Source: Actinomycetota bacterium (GTDB lineage: Bacteria > Actinomycetota > Acidimicrobiia > Acidimicrobiales > JACCXE01). From it: a DNA stretch of 64,000 nt. Positions within the stretch are counted from its first letter, which is position 1. Every line of letters starts with the position of its first letter. The DNA lies in contig JBEHXL010000013.1 of the NCBI GenBank assembly GCA_048498715.1, positions 490-64,489 of the forward strand, in the 5' to 3' direction. A program made the translations under genes and the position numbers. This document shows, piece by piece, positions 47,607 through 57,771 of this stretch. The notes under the pieces are model-generated. The model saw only the letters and a program-made list of their open reading frames with translations. It searched no databases and had not been told where the DNA came from.

Positions 47607-48680
47607 GTGGACACGCCCGTGCAGCCCCCGGTCGCTCCGATGCTCGCCAAGTCGATGCCGACGATCCCGGAGGGCGACGAGTGGCGCTACGAGCCGAAGT
47701 GGGACGGCTTTCGCTCCGTCGTCTTTCGCCACGGCGACGACGTCGAGCTCGGCAGCCGCAACAGCAAGCCGCTCACCCGCTATTTCCCGGAGGTCGTCGA
47801 GAACGTCAAGGCATCGTTCCCAAACGACGCCGTCGTGGACGGCGAGATCATCGTGATCGACGCCAGCGGCAAGCTCGAGTTCGACCTGCTCAGCCAGCGC
47901 GTGCACCCGGCGGCGAGCCGCGTGAAGAAGCTGAGTGAAGAAATGCCGGCGATGTTCGTTGCCTTCGACCTGCTCGCCATCGACGGTGAGGACATCTCGC
48001 AACAGCCCTTCGACACCCGACGAGCGAGGTTGGTCGAGGCGCTCGGGAACGCAGGCAAAGGCATCTACGTGACGCCGATGACGACCGATGCCCAGGAAGC
48101 CGACCATTGGTTCAACGCCTGGGAAGGCGCCGGTCTCGACGGTGTGATGGCGAAGAAGGCCGACGGGGTCTACGAACAGAACAAGCGGACGATGGTGAAG
48201 GTGAAGCACGAGCGCACCATCGACTGCGTCGTCGCGGGCTTCCGCTGGCACAAGGACGGCAATGGCGTCGGCTCGTTGCTGCTCGGCCTTTACGACGACC
48301 AGGGTGATCTGCACCACATCGGCGTGACCGCCAGTTTCACTGCTGCCAAGCGGGCTGAGCTCGTCGAGATGTTGAAGCCGTATCAAGAGAATGCGCTCGA
48401 CAACCATCCGTGGGCGGGCTGGGTCGAGATGATGTCGGCGTCGGGGCAGGCGGACGCGCCGCAGGGCAACCGCTGGAACGCGAAGAAGGACATGTCCTGG
48501 AACCCCGTGCGCATCGAGCTCGTGGTCGAGGTCGCTTACGGGCATTTCCAAGGTGACCGCATCCGTCACGCGGCGTCGTTCCGTCGCTTCCGTCCCGATC
48601 GCGAACCGTCGAGCTGCACCTACGACCAAGTCGGTCGTCCCGAGCCGGCGTCGATCGTGGACGTGTTGTCCGAGGCTTAA
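47607..48680 (+). CDS. ligC: ATP-dependent DNA ligase LigC
   Basis: PMLAK, EPKWDGFR, DGEI, AFDLL, DGVMAK, KVKHERT. Confidence 0.9.
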   Translation: MDTPVQPPVAPMLAKSMPTIPEGDEWRYEPKWDGFRSVVFRHGDDVELGSRNSKPLTRYFPEVVENVKASFPNDAVVDGEIIVIDASGKLEFDLLSQRVHPAASRVKKLSEEMPAMFVAFDLLAIDGEDISQQPFDTRRARLVEALGNAGKGIYVTPMTTDAQEADHWFNAWEGAGLDGVMAKKADGVYEQNKRTMVKVKHERTIDCVVAGFRWHKDGNGVGSLLLGLYDDQGDLHHIGVTASFTAAKRAELVEMLKPYQENALDNHPWAGWVEMMSASGQADAPQGNRWNAKKDMSWNPVRIELVVEVAYGHFQGDRIRHAASFRRFRPDREPSSCTYDQVGRPEPASIVDVLSEA

Positions 48681-49654
48681 GCCTTTTTTGCGCGGAACGG
48701 CGCGACCCGAGGCGGCTCGTTCGGCTGCTTCGGATAAACGGGCGGCCACGGCGCGTCGAGCATGCCGTTCGCCGTGTCCGTCGCGTTCATCTCCAGTAGC
48801 GGCGTGACGTCCTGCGGGGCGTCGTACATCGCGGCCCACGGGTCGCCTTGATCCTTCAGTCGTTGGGGGACCGTTGCGAGGTTGAGCGCCATGATGTCGA
48901 CGGTCGGCAATTCGTCCCACGTAAAGGGCGCGCTGACGCGGGCGTCGTCGTTGGCGCGTACGCCCCACGCGCCGAAGATCGTCTTGTGCGGGCAGTTCTG
49001 GTTGTAGTCGATGAAGACCCGTTCGCCGCGTTCCTCTTTCCACCACTGCCACGTCATGAGGTCGGGGCGCCGGCGTTCCAGTTCCCGAGCGAGGGCGACC
49101 GCGCAACTGCGCACTTCGTAGCTGTCGCGACCGCCGCCGACATTGGCGTAGATGTGGATGCCGCGCGAGCCCGTCGTCTTCGGGAAGGCCTCGATGCCGA
49201 GTTCGTCGAGCAGCACCTTCACCTCGTGAGCGCCCTCGCGCAGCATCTCGAAGTCGACACCCGGGGACGGGTCGAGGTCGATGCGCAGTTCGTCGGCGAT
49301 GTCGGGCGTCGTCGCGTGATACGGCCACACGTGGAAGCCGAGGGAGCCGAGGTTCACGGCCCACAGCACATGCTCTATGTCGGCGATGACGAGTGCGTCG
49401 CTCGTTGTTCCGTTCGGCGTCGAGACGACCGTCGTCTGCAACCAGTCCGGGCGCTTGTCCGGCACCCGCTTCTGGAAGAACGACTGGCCGTGCGCGCCGT
49501 TCGGATAACGCTGCAGCAGGACGGGGCGTCCGCCTACGGCTTTGAGCAGGGGTTCGGCGACGGCTCGGTAGTAGTCAGCGAGATCGGCCTTGGTCTCGTT
49601 GCGTTCGAGGAACATGACCTTGTCAGGGCTGGTGATCTCTACGTGCTCACTCAC
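48677..49654 (-). CDS. Prim-PolC / LigD-type primase-polymerase domain protein
   Basis: FFQKR, LRIDLDP, KTTGSRGIH, WWKEERGERVFIDYNQN. Confidence 0.88.
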   Translation of the reverse strand: MSEHVEITSPDKVMFLERNETKADLADYYRAVAEPLLKAVGGRPVLLQRYPNGAHGQSFFQKRVPDKRPDWLQTTVVSTPNGTTSDALVIADIEHVLWAVNLGSLGFHVWPYHATTPDIADELRIDLDPSPGVDFEMLREGAHEVKVLLDELGIEAFPKTTGSRGIHIYANVGGGRDSYEVRSCAVALARELERRRPDLMTWQWWKEERGERVFIDYNQNCPHKTIFGAWGVRANDDARVSAPFTWDELPTVDIMALNLATVPQRLKDQGDPWAAMYDAPQDVTPLLEMNATDTANGMLDAPWPPVYPKQPNEPPRVAPFRAKKA

Positions 49655-51108
49655 GCCTTGAGTTTTGCCGCCCACGCCGCTTCTTCGCGGCCAAGGTCGG
49701 TCGAGGGCGGCCCGTCGACGAACGGCCAGATCTCTCCGGTGATGGATCGCCAGTTCAGACGCGCTTCGAGTTGGGCGAGAATCGCCCACAATCCCAAATT
49801 GATGCGCTGCAGGATGACGAAGTCGGGCTGCAGGTTCGCGTGCTTCACAACCGGCGACTGGTTCGGGTTGAAGAACTGGTTGACCATCCCCGCCGCGTAT
49901 TCGTGGGTGACGAGCTGCGGACCGGGATTCCGCACGAGTTCGTAGAAGTACGCGAAGTAGTGCTCGACGTCCGCGTCGCTGATCGAGGCGTTCCGCTGGA
50001 GGATGCCTTCGTCCTCGACGACGGCACGAAACTTCGGCGTGTCGTTCTCGATGACGATCGACTCGATCATGCGTCGGGCCTGGTTCATGTCTCGCTCGGC
50101 GAAGCGCTTCACGAGACCGAAGTCGAGGAACGTGACCCGGCCGTCGGGACGGAACAGGTAGTTGCCGGGATGCGGGTCACCGTTGAACGCATGGAACGAC
50201 CAGAGACTGCGAAACACGAAACGGTAGATCGACTCCGCCGCGAGGTTCTTCTGCGCCTGGCTCCAGGTATTCGACACCTCGGCGAAACGCACGCCATCGG
50301 CGAGCTCTGTCGTGAGCACGCGTTCCGACGAATGAGCGCTGACCACACCGGGAACGTGGATGAACGGATGGTCGGCGTACCAGCGGTGGAAGTCCTCTTG
50401 GTTCTTCGCTTCGATCCGGTAGTCGACTTCCTCTCCGAGGCGCTCCCGCAACTCCTCGACGATCGGCTTCGGGTCGAGGCCCGGGAACACCATGCCCAGC
50501 ACCGTGAAGAGGATGTTGGAGTTGTCGAGGTCGCTCATGATCGCCTTGGCCACGCCCGGGTACTGCACCTTCACGGCGACAGGAACTCCGTCCTTCGTGA
50601 CGGCGCGATGTACTTGGCCGATCGAGGCGGCGGACAGGGGAGTCTCGTCCCACTCGGCGAAAATCGTGTCGGGCGCGCCGCCGAGTTCTTGCTCGATCAC
50701 GTCGGCGGCGAGCGCGGCGCTCATCGGTGGTGCGTCGGCCTGCAGGGTTGCGAGCGCCTCGCGAATCGGCTCGGGTAGGCCGTCGTCGAGGAAGCTCGCC
50801 ATTTGGCCGATCTTCATCAGTGCGCCCTTCATGTTGCCGAGCACGCTGACGACCTCCTCGGCCGTCTTCATCTCGAACTGGGCGTCGAGCTCGGCCTGCT
50901 TCTCCGGGCTGGCCGTTGCGCGCTTCGCCTGATGGGCGGCGTACTGGGCGCCGACTCGCGCGCCGGTCTTCGCGATCGCAGCGTTGCGGGCCATGGCGCC
51001 GGTCACGGTCACGCCGGCGTCGGTCTCGTGCCGGTGCTCGCGCAGGAGCCGAGCGAGCGCGACGCCTCCGGAAACGAAGGCGACCAAATACAACAGGCGT
51101 TTACGCAT
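49651..51108 (-). CDS. AarF/ABC1/UbiB family atypical kinase
   Basis: MKIGQ, AASIGQVH, VAVKVQYPG, GDPHPGN, LDFG. Confidence 0.92.
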   Translation of the reverse strand: MRKRLLYLVAFVSGGVALARLLREHRHETDAGVTVTGAMARNAAIAKTGARVGAQYAAHQAKRATASPEKQAELDAQFEMKTAEEVVSVLGNMKGALMKIGQMASFLDDGLPEPIREALATLQADAPPMSAALAADVIEQELGGAPDTIFAEWDETPLSAASIGQVHRAVTKDGVPVAVKVQYPGVAKAIMSDLDNSNILFTVLGMVFPGLDPKPIVEELRERLGEEVDYRIEAKNQEDFHRWYADHPFIHVPGVVSAHSSERVLTTELADGVRFAEVSNTWSQAQKNLAAESIYRFVFRSLWSFHAFNGDPHPGNYLFRPDGRVTFLDFGLVKRFAERDMNQARRMIESIVIENDTPKFRAVVEDEGILQRNASISDADVEHYFAYFYELVRNPGPQLVTHEYAAGMVNQFFNPNQSPVVKHANLQPDFVILQRINLGLWAILAQLEARLNWRSITGEIWPFVDGPPSTDLGREEAAWAAKLKA

Positions 51109-51127
51109 GACTCCTCCGAAAACCCCC

Positions 51128-51145
51128 TCGTGAAGCCTTTCACAA
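51128..51145. promoter_or_regulatory. Rex operator candidate upstream of ABC1 kinase
   Basis: Minus strand TTGTGAA-AGGC-TTCACGA, 1 mismatch to TTGTGAA-N4-TTCACAA. Confidence 0.6.
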
Positions 51146-51167
51146 AGGGTTCACGGCACCCGAACTG

Positions 51168-52268
51168 CTATTTCGGTTCGCGCGGAAGCCCCAAGAGACG
51201 TTCGCCGATGATGTTGCGCTGGACCTCGGAGGTCCCCCCGCCCAGACGAGCCCCCGGCGAACCGATGACGGCGGCGCTGGCGGAGCCTTCGAGCATGGCA
51301 TCGGCACCGGTCGCGCGGACCGCCGCCATTTCCATGGCGAGCTCGGCGAGACCGAGCTTGGCCAGGCTCGACGCCACCGAGGCAGTGGCTCCTTGCCGCT
51401 GCGCGAGCAGGTCGAGCGTGCGACCCGTCGAGTACGCCTGCATACGACGGTCCTGTTCGGCCGGCGAGCCGGCGGGCATTCTGGCGAGCGCTTCGAGGCG
51501 AGCCTGCATCGCCTTGGCCCCGCCGCCGATGAAACCGCGCTCGCGCGTGAGCGCGCCCATGGCGACACCCCATCCGCCGTGCTCGGGGCCGAGCAGGGCG
51601 TCGGCCGGAAGAATGACGTTGTCGAGGAACACCTCGTCGAACTCGGTGCTGCCCGTCATCTGCTTGAGAGGCCGCATCTCGATGCCCGGCGTCGAGCAGT
51701 CCACGACGAAGAACGAGATGCCCTCGTGCTTGGGCGCCTCGGTCAGGGATTTGGTGCGGGCCATGAGGATCGCCCAGTCCGCCGCGTGCCCCGCCGAGGT
51801 CCACACCTTGCGTCCGTTGACGCGCCAGACGTCGCCGTCGCGCTCGGCCTTGGTCGTGAGCGATGCGAGGTCGGAGCCGGCGTCGGGCTCGGAGAACATC
51901 TGGCACCACACGCGCTCACCGGTCGCAATGAAGGGCAGGTGCGCAGCCTGCTGCTCTGGTGTTCCGAACGTGAGCAGGGCGCCCGCCGTCAGCACACAAC
52001 CGACCATGTTGAGCACGGACGGGCATTCGAACTCGGCGGCGGCTTCGCGCCACGCCACCGAGTGCTCGGGCGTCAGTCCCTGCCCGCCGTACTCGACGGG
52101 CCAGTCGATCGCGGCAAAGCCGTTGTCGTAGAGCCTCCGCTGCCAATCGCGACCGACCGGAGTCATCTCGGCGGGCAGGATCGCGCCCCAGTCCGGGGGC
52201 AGTCCGCCGTTTGCCTTCTGCTCGCCCAGCCATGCGCGTGCGTGCGCCCCGTATTCGGCAACGTCCAT
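51168..52268 (-). CDS. Acyl-CoA dehydrogenase (FadE17/FadE34-like)
   Basis: WCQMFSEPDAGSDLASL, FDEVF, GGTSEVQRNIIGER. Confidence 0.9.
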   Translation of the reverse strand: MDVAEYGAHARAWLGEQKANGGLPPDWGAILPAEMTPVGRDWQRRLYDNGFAAIDWPVEYGGQGLTPEHSVAWREAAAEFECPSVLNMVGCVLTAGALLTFGTPEQQAAHLPFIATGERVWCQMFSEPDAGSDLASLTTKAERDGDVWRVNGRKVWTSAGHAADWAILMARTKSLTEAPKHEGISFFVVDCSTPGIEMRPLKQMTGSTEFDEVFLDNVILPADALLGPEHGGWGVAMGALTRERGFIGGGAKAMQARLEALARMPAGSPAEQDRRMQAYSTGRTLDLLAQRQGATASVASSLAKLGLAELAMEMAAVRATGADAMLEGSASAAVIGSPGARLGGGTSEVQRNIIGERLLGLPREPK

Positions 52269-52330
52269 GCCCGCAACCTAGAGGGTCGACGTGGGAAACT
52301 GCCGAAATGAACTGGTCGTTTTTCGCGCGC

Positions 52331-55093
52331 ATGGGGCACCGCCAACGGACGTTGGTGGTGTGCGCCGCAGTAACCGCACTTCTCGCTTCCGGAATCGCGT
52401 TCGGTCCGAAGAACTCAGCCAAGGCCAACGTCCTCGGCGGCGTGAGTGTCGCTGACGTCTCGACGACCGAGGGCAACGCGGGCGGCGCGCAGTTGGTGTT
52501 CAAGATCCAGGCCAACGGTCTCGTCCTCTCCGGCGAGACGGTTCACTACAAGACGGTTGACGGCACCGCGAAAGCGGGCGATGACTACGTCGCAAAAGAA
52601 GGCGACGTGCAGATCACGTCGCAGTCGACGTCAGCCAACGTCACGATTCAGCTCGTCGGAGACACCGTCGCCGAGTCGGACGAGACGTTCACGCTGCAGT
52701 TGTCCGGTGGTTCGTCGAACAACGACACCGCGACCGGCACGATCCTCAACGACGACTTCCAGGTCAGCGTGGCCGACGTGCAGGTCACCGAGGGCGACTC
52801 GGGTACGAAGAACGCGGCGGTTGTGATCTCGCTCGACGGCGGCACCCGTCAGGCGTCGACGAGCGTGCAGTACACAACGGTGAACGGCACTGCCGTCGCC
52901 CCCGGCGACTACACGGCTGCGAGTGCGCAGACTGCAACGATTCCTGCGGGTCAGCCGTCGGTAACGGTGAACATTCCGGTCGTCGGCGATCTGCTGTTCG
53001 AGGACGACGAGGTCTTCCATGTGATCCTGCAGAACCCGACCACGGGCGTGACGGTCGGCGATGGTGATGCGACCGTCACGATCAAGAACAACGACCCGCT
53101 GCCCGATCCGTCGCAGCAGCCCAAGATCTCCATCGGGGACGCAACCTTCGCTGAAGGTGGTTCGGGAACCTTTGCGTTGTCGCTCTCGAGCCAGGTGCCT
53201 TACACGGTGACGGTCAAGGCGAGCACGAGCGACGGCACCGCGGCTGCGGCCTCGGACTACACGGCCATCTCGAACGCGACGGTGACGTTCGCTCCGGGAC
53301 AGACCAGCGCCACGCTGCCCGCCACCATGCTCGATGACGCCAAGGACGAGTTCCCCGAGACATTCACGGTGACGCTGTCCAACGCGAGCCCCGGATCCGT
53401 GATCGACGACGGCACCGGCACGGGCACCATCACCGACAATGACCCGACGCCCACTCTGTCAGTGGACGACGCGACCGGCACGGAGGGCGGCAAGGTCAGC
53501 TTCACCGTCAAGCTCTCCGCCGCGTCGGGCCGTGACACCATCCTGGCCATCGGCACCAACGACGACACCGCCAAGGCCGGGTCGGACTACACGGCGCTGC
53601 CGAACACGACGCGTCGCACGATCCCGGCCGGGCAGACATCGATCACGGTGGACGTCGACGCACTGACCGACAACGTCGACGAAACCGACGAGACCTTCAA
53701 GTTCGGTGTTGCGCAACAAGCCAATCAGGAGGCCACGGCCTTCGCCGACATCGTGGTTGCGGTCGGCACCATCAAGGACGCCACGACCACGCCGACCCTC
53801 AGCATCGGCGATGTTTCCAAGGACGAGGGCAACAGCGGCACTACGAACTTCGCGTTCCCGGTCACGCTGTCGGCTGCGTCAAGTCAGTCGGTCACGGTGA
53901 ACTGCACCGTCGCCGGCGAGACGGCGACGGCACCGAGCGACTTCGCACCCCTCGTCGGTTGCAACCTCACGTTCGCTCCGGGCGAGACCAGCAAGACGAT
54001 CACGGTGGCGGTCGTCGGCGACACGGTCGCCGAAGACAACGAGACGTTCAAGGTGTCGCTGTCCGGGGCGACCAACGCGACGCTGGCCGACGGCATCGGC
54101 CTCGGCACGATCAAGAACGACGACGGTACGTTCATCCGCTCCGGCGTGATCACGACGGGCGCCGGAGCCGGCGGCGGTTCCCACGTCCGGCAGTTCGATG
54201 CCGCGGGCACCGAAGTGGGCGAGGGATTCTTCGGCACGGTCAACGGTCCCGGCGTTCGGGTTGCCCGCGGTGACCTCGACGGCGACGGCCACGACGAGAT
54301 CATCGTCTCGTCCGGCCAGGGTGGTCCGTCGAACGTGCGGGTCTGGACGCCCGACGGCAAGGGTCTCGTCGCCGAAGTCGAGGCCTATCCGGGCTTCAAC
54401 GGCGGCGTGTCGATCGCCGCGGCCGACCTCGACGGTGACGGCAAGGACGAAATCATCACCGGTGCCGGCATCGGTGGTGGCCCGCACGTCCGCACCTTCA
54501 AGCTCACCGGCGAACCGGCGAACCGCCAACTCGTCGGCTCAGCGGGCTTCTACGGCATCGACAACCGTCAGGGCTTCACCGGTGGCGTCAATGTCGCCGG
54601 TGCTGACATCGACGGTGACGGCAAGGCTGAAATCATCACAGCGCCGATGAGCCAAGTCGCTCCGATCGTGTCGGAGTTCAAGTACAACCCGGCGACCGAA
54701 CAGGTGGCGCTGGTGCGCTTCTTCCTCGCCTTCGATCAGGGGTTCCGCGGCGGCGTGAACATCGCGGCGGGTGACCTCGACGGCGACGACAAGGCGGAGA
54801 TCGTGGTGGGTGCCGGTCCGGGTGGCGCGCCGCACGTTCGTGTCCTCAGCGGCGAGGGTGGTGGCCTGCCCGGTTCGGCCTACGCGTACGGCGCCGATTT
54901 CCCCGGCGGCGTGCAGGTGGCCGTCGGTGACATCGACGGTGACGGCAACAACGACATCGTCACCGGTGTCGGCGCGGGCGGAGGCCCGCACGTGCGTGCC
55001 TTCGACCTCGACATGAACCCGCTGCCCACGTCGTTCTACGCGTACGGCGCGGAGTTCGGTGGCGGCGTCAACGTGGCGGTCGGTACGCCGTAA
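52331..55093 (+). CDS. Large secreted Calx-beta repeat + FG-GAP repeat protein
   Basis: Signal peptide; about 5 Calx-beta units (T.DGTA.AG.DY...DETF.V.L); C-terminal GD.DGDG..EI...GGGPHVR repeats. Confidence 0.85.
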   Translation: MGHRQRTLVVCAAVTALLASGIAFGPKNSAKANVLGGVSVADVSTTEGNAGGAQLVFKIQANGLVLSGETVHYKTVDGTAKAGDDYVAKEGDVQITSQSTSANVTIQLVGDTVAESDETFTLQLSGGSSNNDTATGTILNDDFQVSVADVQVTEGDSGTKNAAVVISLDGGTRQASTSVQYTTVNGTAVAPGDYTAASAQTATIPAGQPSVTVNIPVVGDLLFEDDEVFHVILQNPTTGVTVGDGDATVTIKNNDPLPDPSQQPKISIGDATFAEGGSGTFALSLSSQVPYTVTVKASTSDGTAAAASDYTAISNATVTFAPGQTSATLPATMLDDAKDEFPETFTVTLSNASPGSVIDDGTGTGTITDNDPTPTLSVDDATGTEGGKVSFTVKLSAASGRDTILAIGTNDDTAKAGSDYTALPNTTRRTIPAGQTSITVDVDALTDNVDETDETFKFGVAQQANQEATAFADIVVAVGTIKDATTTPTLSIGDVSKDEGNSGTTNFAFPVTLSAASSQSVTVNCTVAGETATAPSDFAPLVGCNLTFAPGETSKTITVAVVGDTVAEDNETFKVSLSGATNATLADGIGLGTIKNDDGTFIRSGVITTGAGAGGGSHVRQFDAAGTEVGEGFFGTVNGPGVRVARGDLDGDGHDEIIVSSGQGGPSNVRVWTPDGKGLVAEVEAYPGFNGGVSIAAADLDGDGKDEIITGAGIGGGPHVRTFKLTGEPANRQLVGSAGFYGIDNRQGFTGGVNVAGADIDGDGKAEIITAPMSQVAPIVSEFKYNPATEQVALVRFFLAFDQGFRGGVNIAAGDLDGDDKAEIVVGAGPGGAPHVRVLSGEGGGLPGSAYAYGADFPGGVQVAVGDIDGDGNNDIVTGVGAGGGPHVRAFDLDMNPLPTSFYAYGAEFGGGVNVAVGTP

Positions 55094-55099
55094 CAACGC

Positions 55100-55141
55100 A
55101 AAAGGCCCGGGTCCCGTTCGCGCGGGACCCGGGCCTTTTTT
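55100..55141. terminator. Bidirectional intrinsic terminator
   Basis: AAAAGGCCCGGGTCCCG-loop-CGGGACCCGGGCCTTTTTT. Confidence 0.9.
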
Positions 55142-55147
55142 CGTTCG

Positions 55148-56758
55148 CTACGACAGAACGCGCTCTTCGGCTTCTGAGGTGAGGCGCTTGTAGTCGACCT
55201 TGCCGTTGGCGGCGCGGCCGATCGACGGGACCTGCAGCACGCGCTTGGGCGCCTTGAAGGCGGCGAGCTTGCCCTTGACGTGGGCGATGATCTCGCCCTC
55301 GTTCAACTCGGCGTCGGGGGCGAGCTCGACCATGGCGACGATGGCCTGGCCGAACTTCTCGTCGGGCACGCCGACCGCCACCGCGTCGCGAACACCGTTC
55401 GCCGTCTTGAGCGCTTCCTCGACCTCTTCGGGGAAGACCTTCTCGCCGCCCGTGTTGATGCACACCGAGCCGCGGCCGAGCAGTTCGAGCGTGCCGTCGG
55501 CTGCCACCGTCGCGAAGTCGCCGGGAACCGAGTAGCGCGCGCCGTTGATGATCTTGAACGTCGCCGCCGACTTGGCCTCGTCCTTGTAGTAGCCCATCGG
55601 CGTGCGGCCCTTGACCGCCACCATGCCGACCTCGCCCGAACCGGGCTCGACCGGCGTGCCGTCCTCACGGATCACCATGGCGTTGTCGCCGAGGGTGAAC
55701 TTCGCCGTGTGCGACGCGCCGGCGGCGCTGGAGACAGAACTGCCCATGCCGAGCGCCTCGGACGACGAGAACGCATCCATCAACAACATGCCGGCGTGGT
55801 GGGAGAGCAGGCCCTGCTTGGTTTCCTCGGCCCACATGACGCCCGAACTGACCATCGCGATGAGCGACGACAGGTTCCACTTGCCCGGCTGGTCGTTGAG
55901 CGCCCGCAGCATGGGCTTGGCGAAGGCGTCGCCGACGATGGCGATGATGTTGACGCCCTCGCGCTCGATCGTGTCGAGCAATTCGGTCGGGTCGTAGGTC
56001 CGATTTTCGAGAGTGACGACGCAGCCGCCGGTGTTGAGCGTGGTGAAGCTCGTGAAGCAGCCCGTGCCGTGCATGAGCGGGGCAGCGGGGATGGCGTTGC
56101 CGCCGGGCGCGGTCAGCAACGTCCGAATGTCGTCGAGCGTGCCGATCTCGGGGTAGCGGGCCGTCGGGCCGGTGCAGCTGAGCGCGGCGAACACGTCGTC
56201 CTGACGCCACATGACGCCCTTCGGCATGCCCGTGGTGCCGCCCGTGTAGAGCATGTAGAGGTCGTCACCCGAGCGGCCCCACGGCGGAGTGCAGCGGCCG
56301 GCGCTCTTGGTCGCCGCGTCCTCGTAGGCGTCGGCCCAATCGGGGCACGGCCCCGAGCCGTCGTCGACCCAGAGGTAGCCCTTGACCTTGGGGAGCTTTT
56401 CGCGGAGAGCTGCGATGCGATCCGAGAACGTGCCGTGGAAGATGACGGCGACGGCGTCCGCGTTGTCCCACAGGTAGAGCAGTTCCTCGTCGGCGTAGCG
56501 GTAGTTCGTGTTCACCGGCGCAGTGCCGGCCTTGAAGATGCCGAACATCGACTCGAGGTACTCGGGGCAGTTGTACATGTACTGCGCGACCTTGTCCTGC
56601 TGCTCGGCGCCGATGCCGAGCAACCAGTGGCCGATGCCGTCGGCCCGCTCGTCGAACTGCTTCCAGGTGAAGCGGCGGTTGCCCTGAATTTGGGCGGGGG
56701 CATCGGGGAAGAGATCGGCGATCGTCTCCCACACATCGGCAAAGTTCCATCCGGACAT
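55148..56758 (-). CDS. Acyl-CoA synthetase (FadD19-like)
   Basis: YTGGTTGMPKGVMW, LLGRGSVCINTGGEKVFPEEVE. Confidence 0.92.
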   Translation of the reverse strand: MSGWNFADVWETIADLFPDAPAQIQGNRRFTWKQFDERADGIGHWLLGIGAEQQDKVAQYMYNCPEYLESMFGIFKAGTAPVNTNYRYADEELLYLWDNADAVAVIFHGTFSDRIAALREKLPKVKGYLWVDDGSGPCPDWADAYEDAATKSAGRCTPPWGRSGDDLYMLYTGGTTGMPKGVMWRQDDVFAALSCTGPTARYPEIGTLDDIRTLLTAPGGNAIPAAPLMHGTGCFTSFTTLNTGGCVVTLENRTYDPTELLDTIEREGVNIIAIVGDAFAKPMLRALNDQPGKWNLSSLIAMVSSGVMWAEETKQGLLSHHAGMLLMDAFSSSEALGMGSSVSSAAGASHTAKFTLGDNAMVIREDGTPVEPGSGEVGMVAVKGRTPMGYYKDEAKSAATFKIINGARYSVPGDFATVAADGTLELLGRGSVCINTGGEKVFPEEVEEALKTANGVRDAVAVGVPDEKFGQAIVAMVELAPDAELNEGEIIAHVKGKLAAFKAPKRVLQVPSIGRAANGKVDYKRLTSEAEERVLS

Positions 56759-56778
56759 GGCCGGACATACTACGGAGT
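56759..56778. promoter_or_regulatory. Bidirectional leaderless promoter
   Basis: 20 bp between divergent ATGs; overlapping CATACT (+) and TAGTAT (-) -10 boxes. Confidence 0.65.
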
Positions 56779-57771
56779 ATGGAGCTGCTCGTTATAGGTG
56801 GAACGATCTTCCTCGGCCGCCACATCGTCGACGCCGCCTTGGCGGCGGGGCACACCGTGACCTTGGCCAACCGGGGCAAGACCAACGCCGACCTGTACCC
56901 GGAGGTGAACAAATTCGTCGTCGATCGCGACGGCGACATCTCGGCGCTGTCGACCGGCTCGTGGGACGCCGTGATCGACACGTGCGGCTACGTCGCAAAG
57001 CACACCCGGTCGGTCGCCGAGGCGCTGCAGGACCGCGTCGGTCACTACGCCTTCATCTCGACCGTGTCGGTGTACGCCGACATGTCGCAGCCCGGCACCG
57101 ACGTCGACGCGCCCGTCGCGACGACCGACACGCCCGAGGCCGAGCAGGTCACCAACGAGCTCTACGGCCCGTTGAAAGCGGTGTGCGAGGACATCGTGCG
57201 CGACGTGTACGGCGAGCGCGCCTGCATCGTGCGGCCCGGCCTCATCGTCGGCCCGCATGACCCGTCGGACCGCTTCACCTATTGGCCGCGTCGGTTCGAT
57301 CTCGGCGGCGAGGCGATCGTGCCGAACGCCAAGGACATGCCAGTGCAGCTTGCCGACGTGCGCGACCTCGCCGAGTGGTGCGTCCACCTGGCCGAGAACA
57401 AGACGGCCGGCACATTCAACGGGTGTGGCCCCGCGACGCCCTGGACCTTCGGCGAGATGATCGACGCGTGCGTTCGTGCCGCGGGCGACAACGCGGCGAC
57501 CCCCGTCTACGTCGACGAGGCCTTCCTCCTCGAGCGCGAGGTGATGGGCTGGGGGCACTTGCCGGTCTGGCTTCCCGCCGCGTTCGAGATGGGCGGGATG
57601 ATGGCGTGCGACGTGTCGAAGTCAGTCGAAGCCGGTCTGACGTTCCGCTCGATCGACGACGTCGTCGAAGCGACCCTCGAGTGGGACCGCACGCGGCGCA
57701 ACACGCCGCTGCGCGGCCCGCTCGATCCCGCGAAAGAGGCGGAACTGCTGCAGGAATGGAAGAGTCGATAG
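56779..57771 (+). CDS. NAD-dependent epimerase/dehydratase (isoflavone reductase-like)
   Basis: GGTIFLG, YGPLK, RPGLIVGPHD..DRFTYW. Confidence 0.88.
   Translation: MELLVIGGTIFLGRHIVDAALAAGHTVTLANRGKTNADLYPEVNKFVVDRDGDISALSTGSWDAVIDTCGYVAKHTRSVAEALQDRVGHYAFISTVSVYADMSQPGTDVDAPVATTDTPEAEQVTNELYGPLKAVCEDIVRDVYGERACIVRPGLIVGPHDPSDRFTYWPRRFDLGGEAIVPNAKDMPVQLADVRDLAEWCVHLAENKTAGTFNGCGPATPWTFGEMIDACVRAAGDNAATPVYVDEAFLLEREVMGWGHLPVWLPAAFEMGGMMACDVSKSVEAGLTFRSIDDVVEATLEWDRTRRNTPLRGPLDPAKEAELLQEWKSR

Noticed and set aside
47607-49654. Ku-LigD NHEJ or a novel primase-based defence system
   Set aside because: No Ku; the motifs fit the known LigC/Prim-PolC excision-repair pair.
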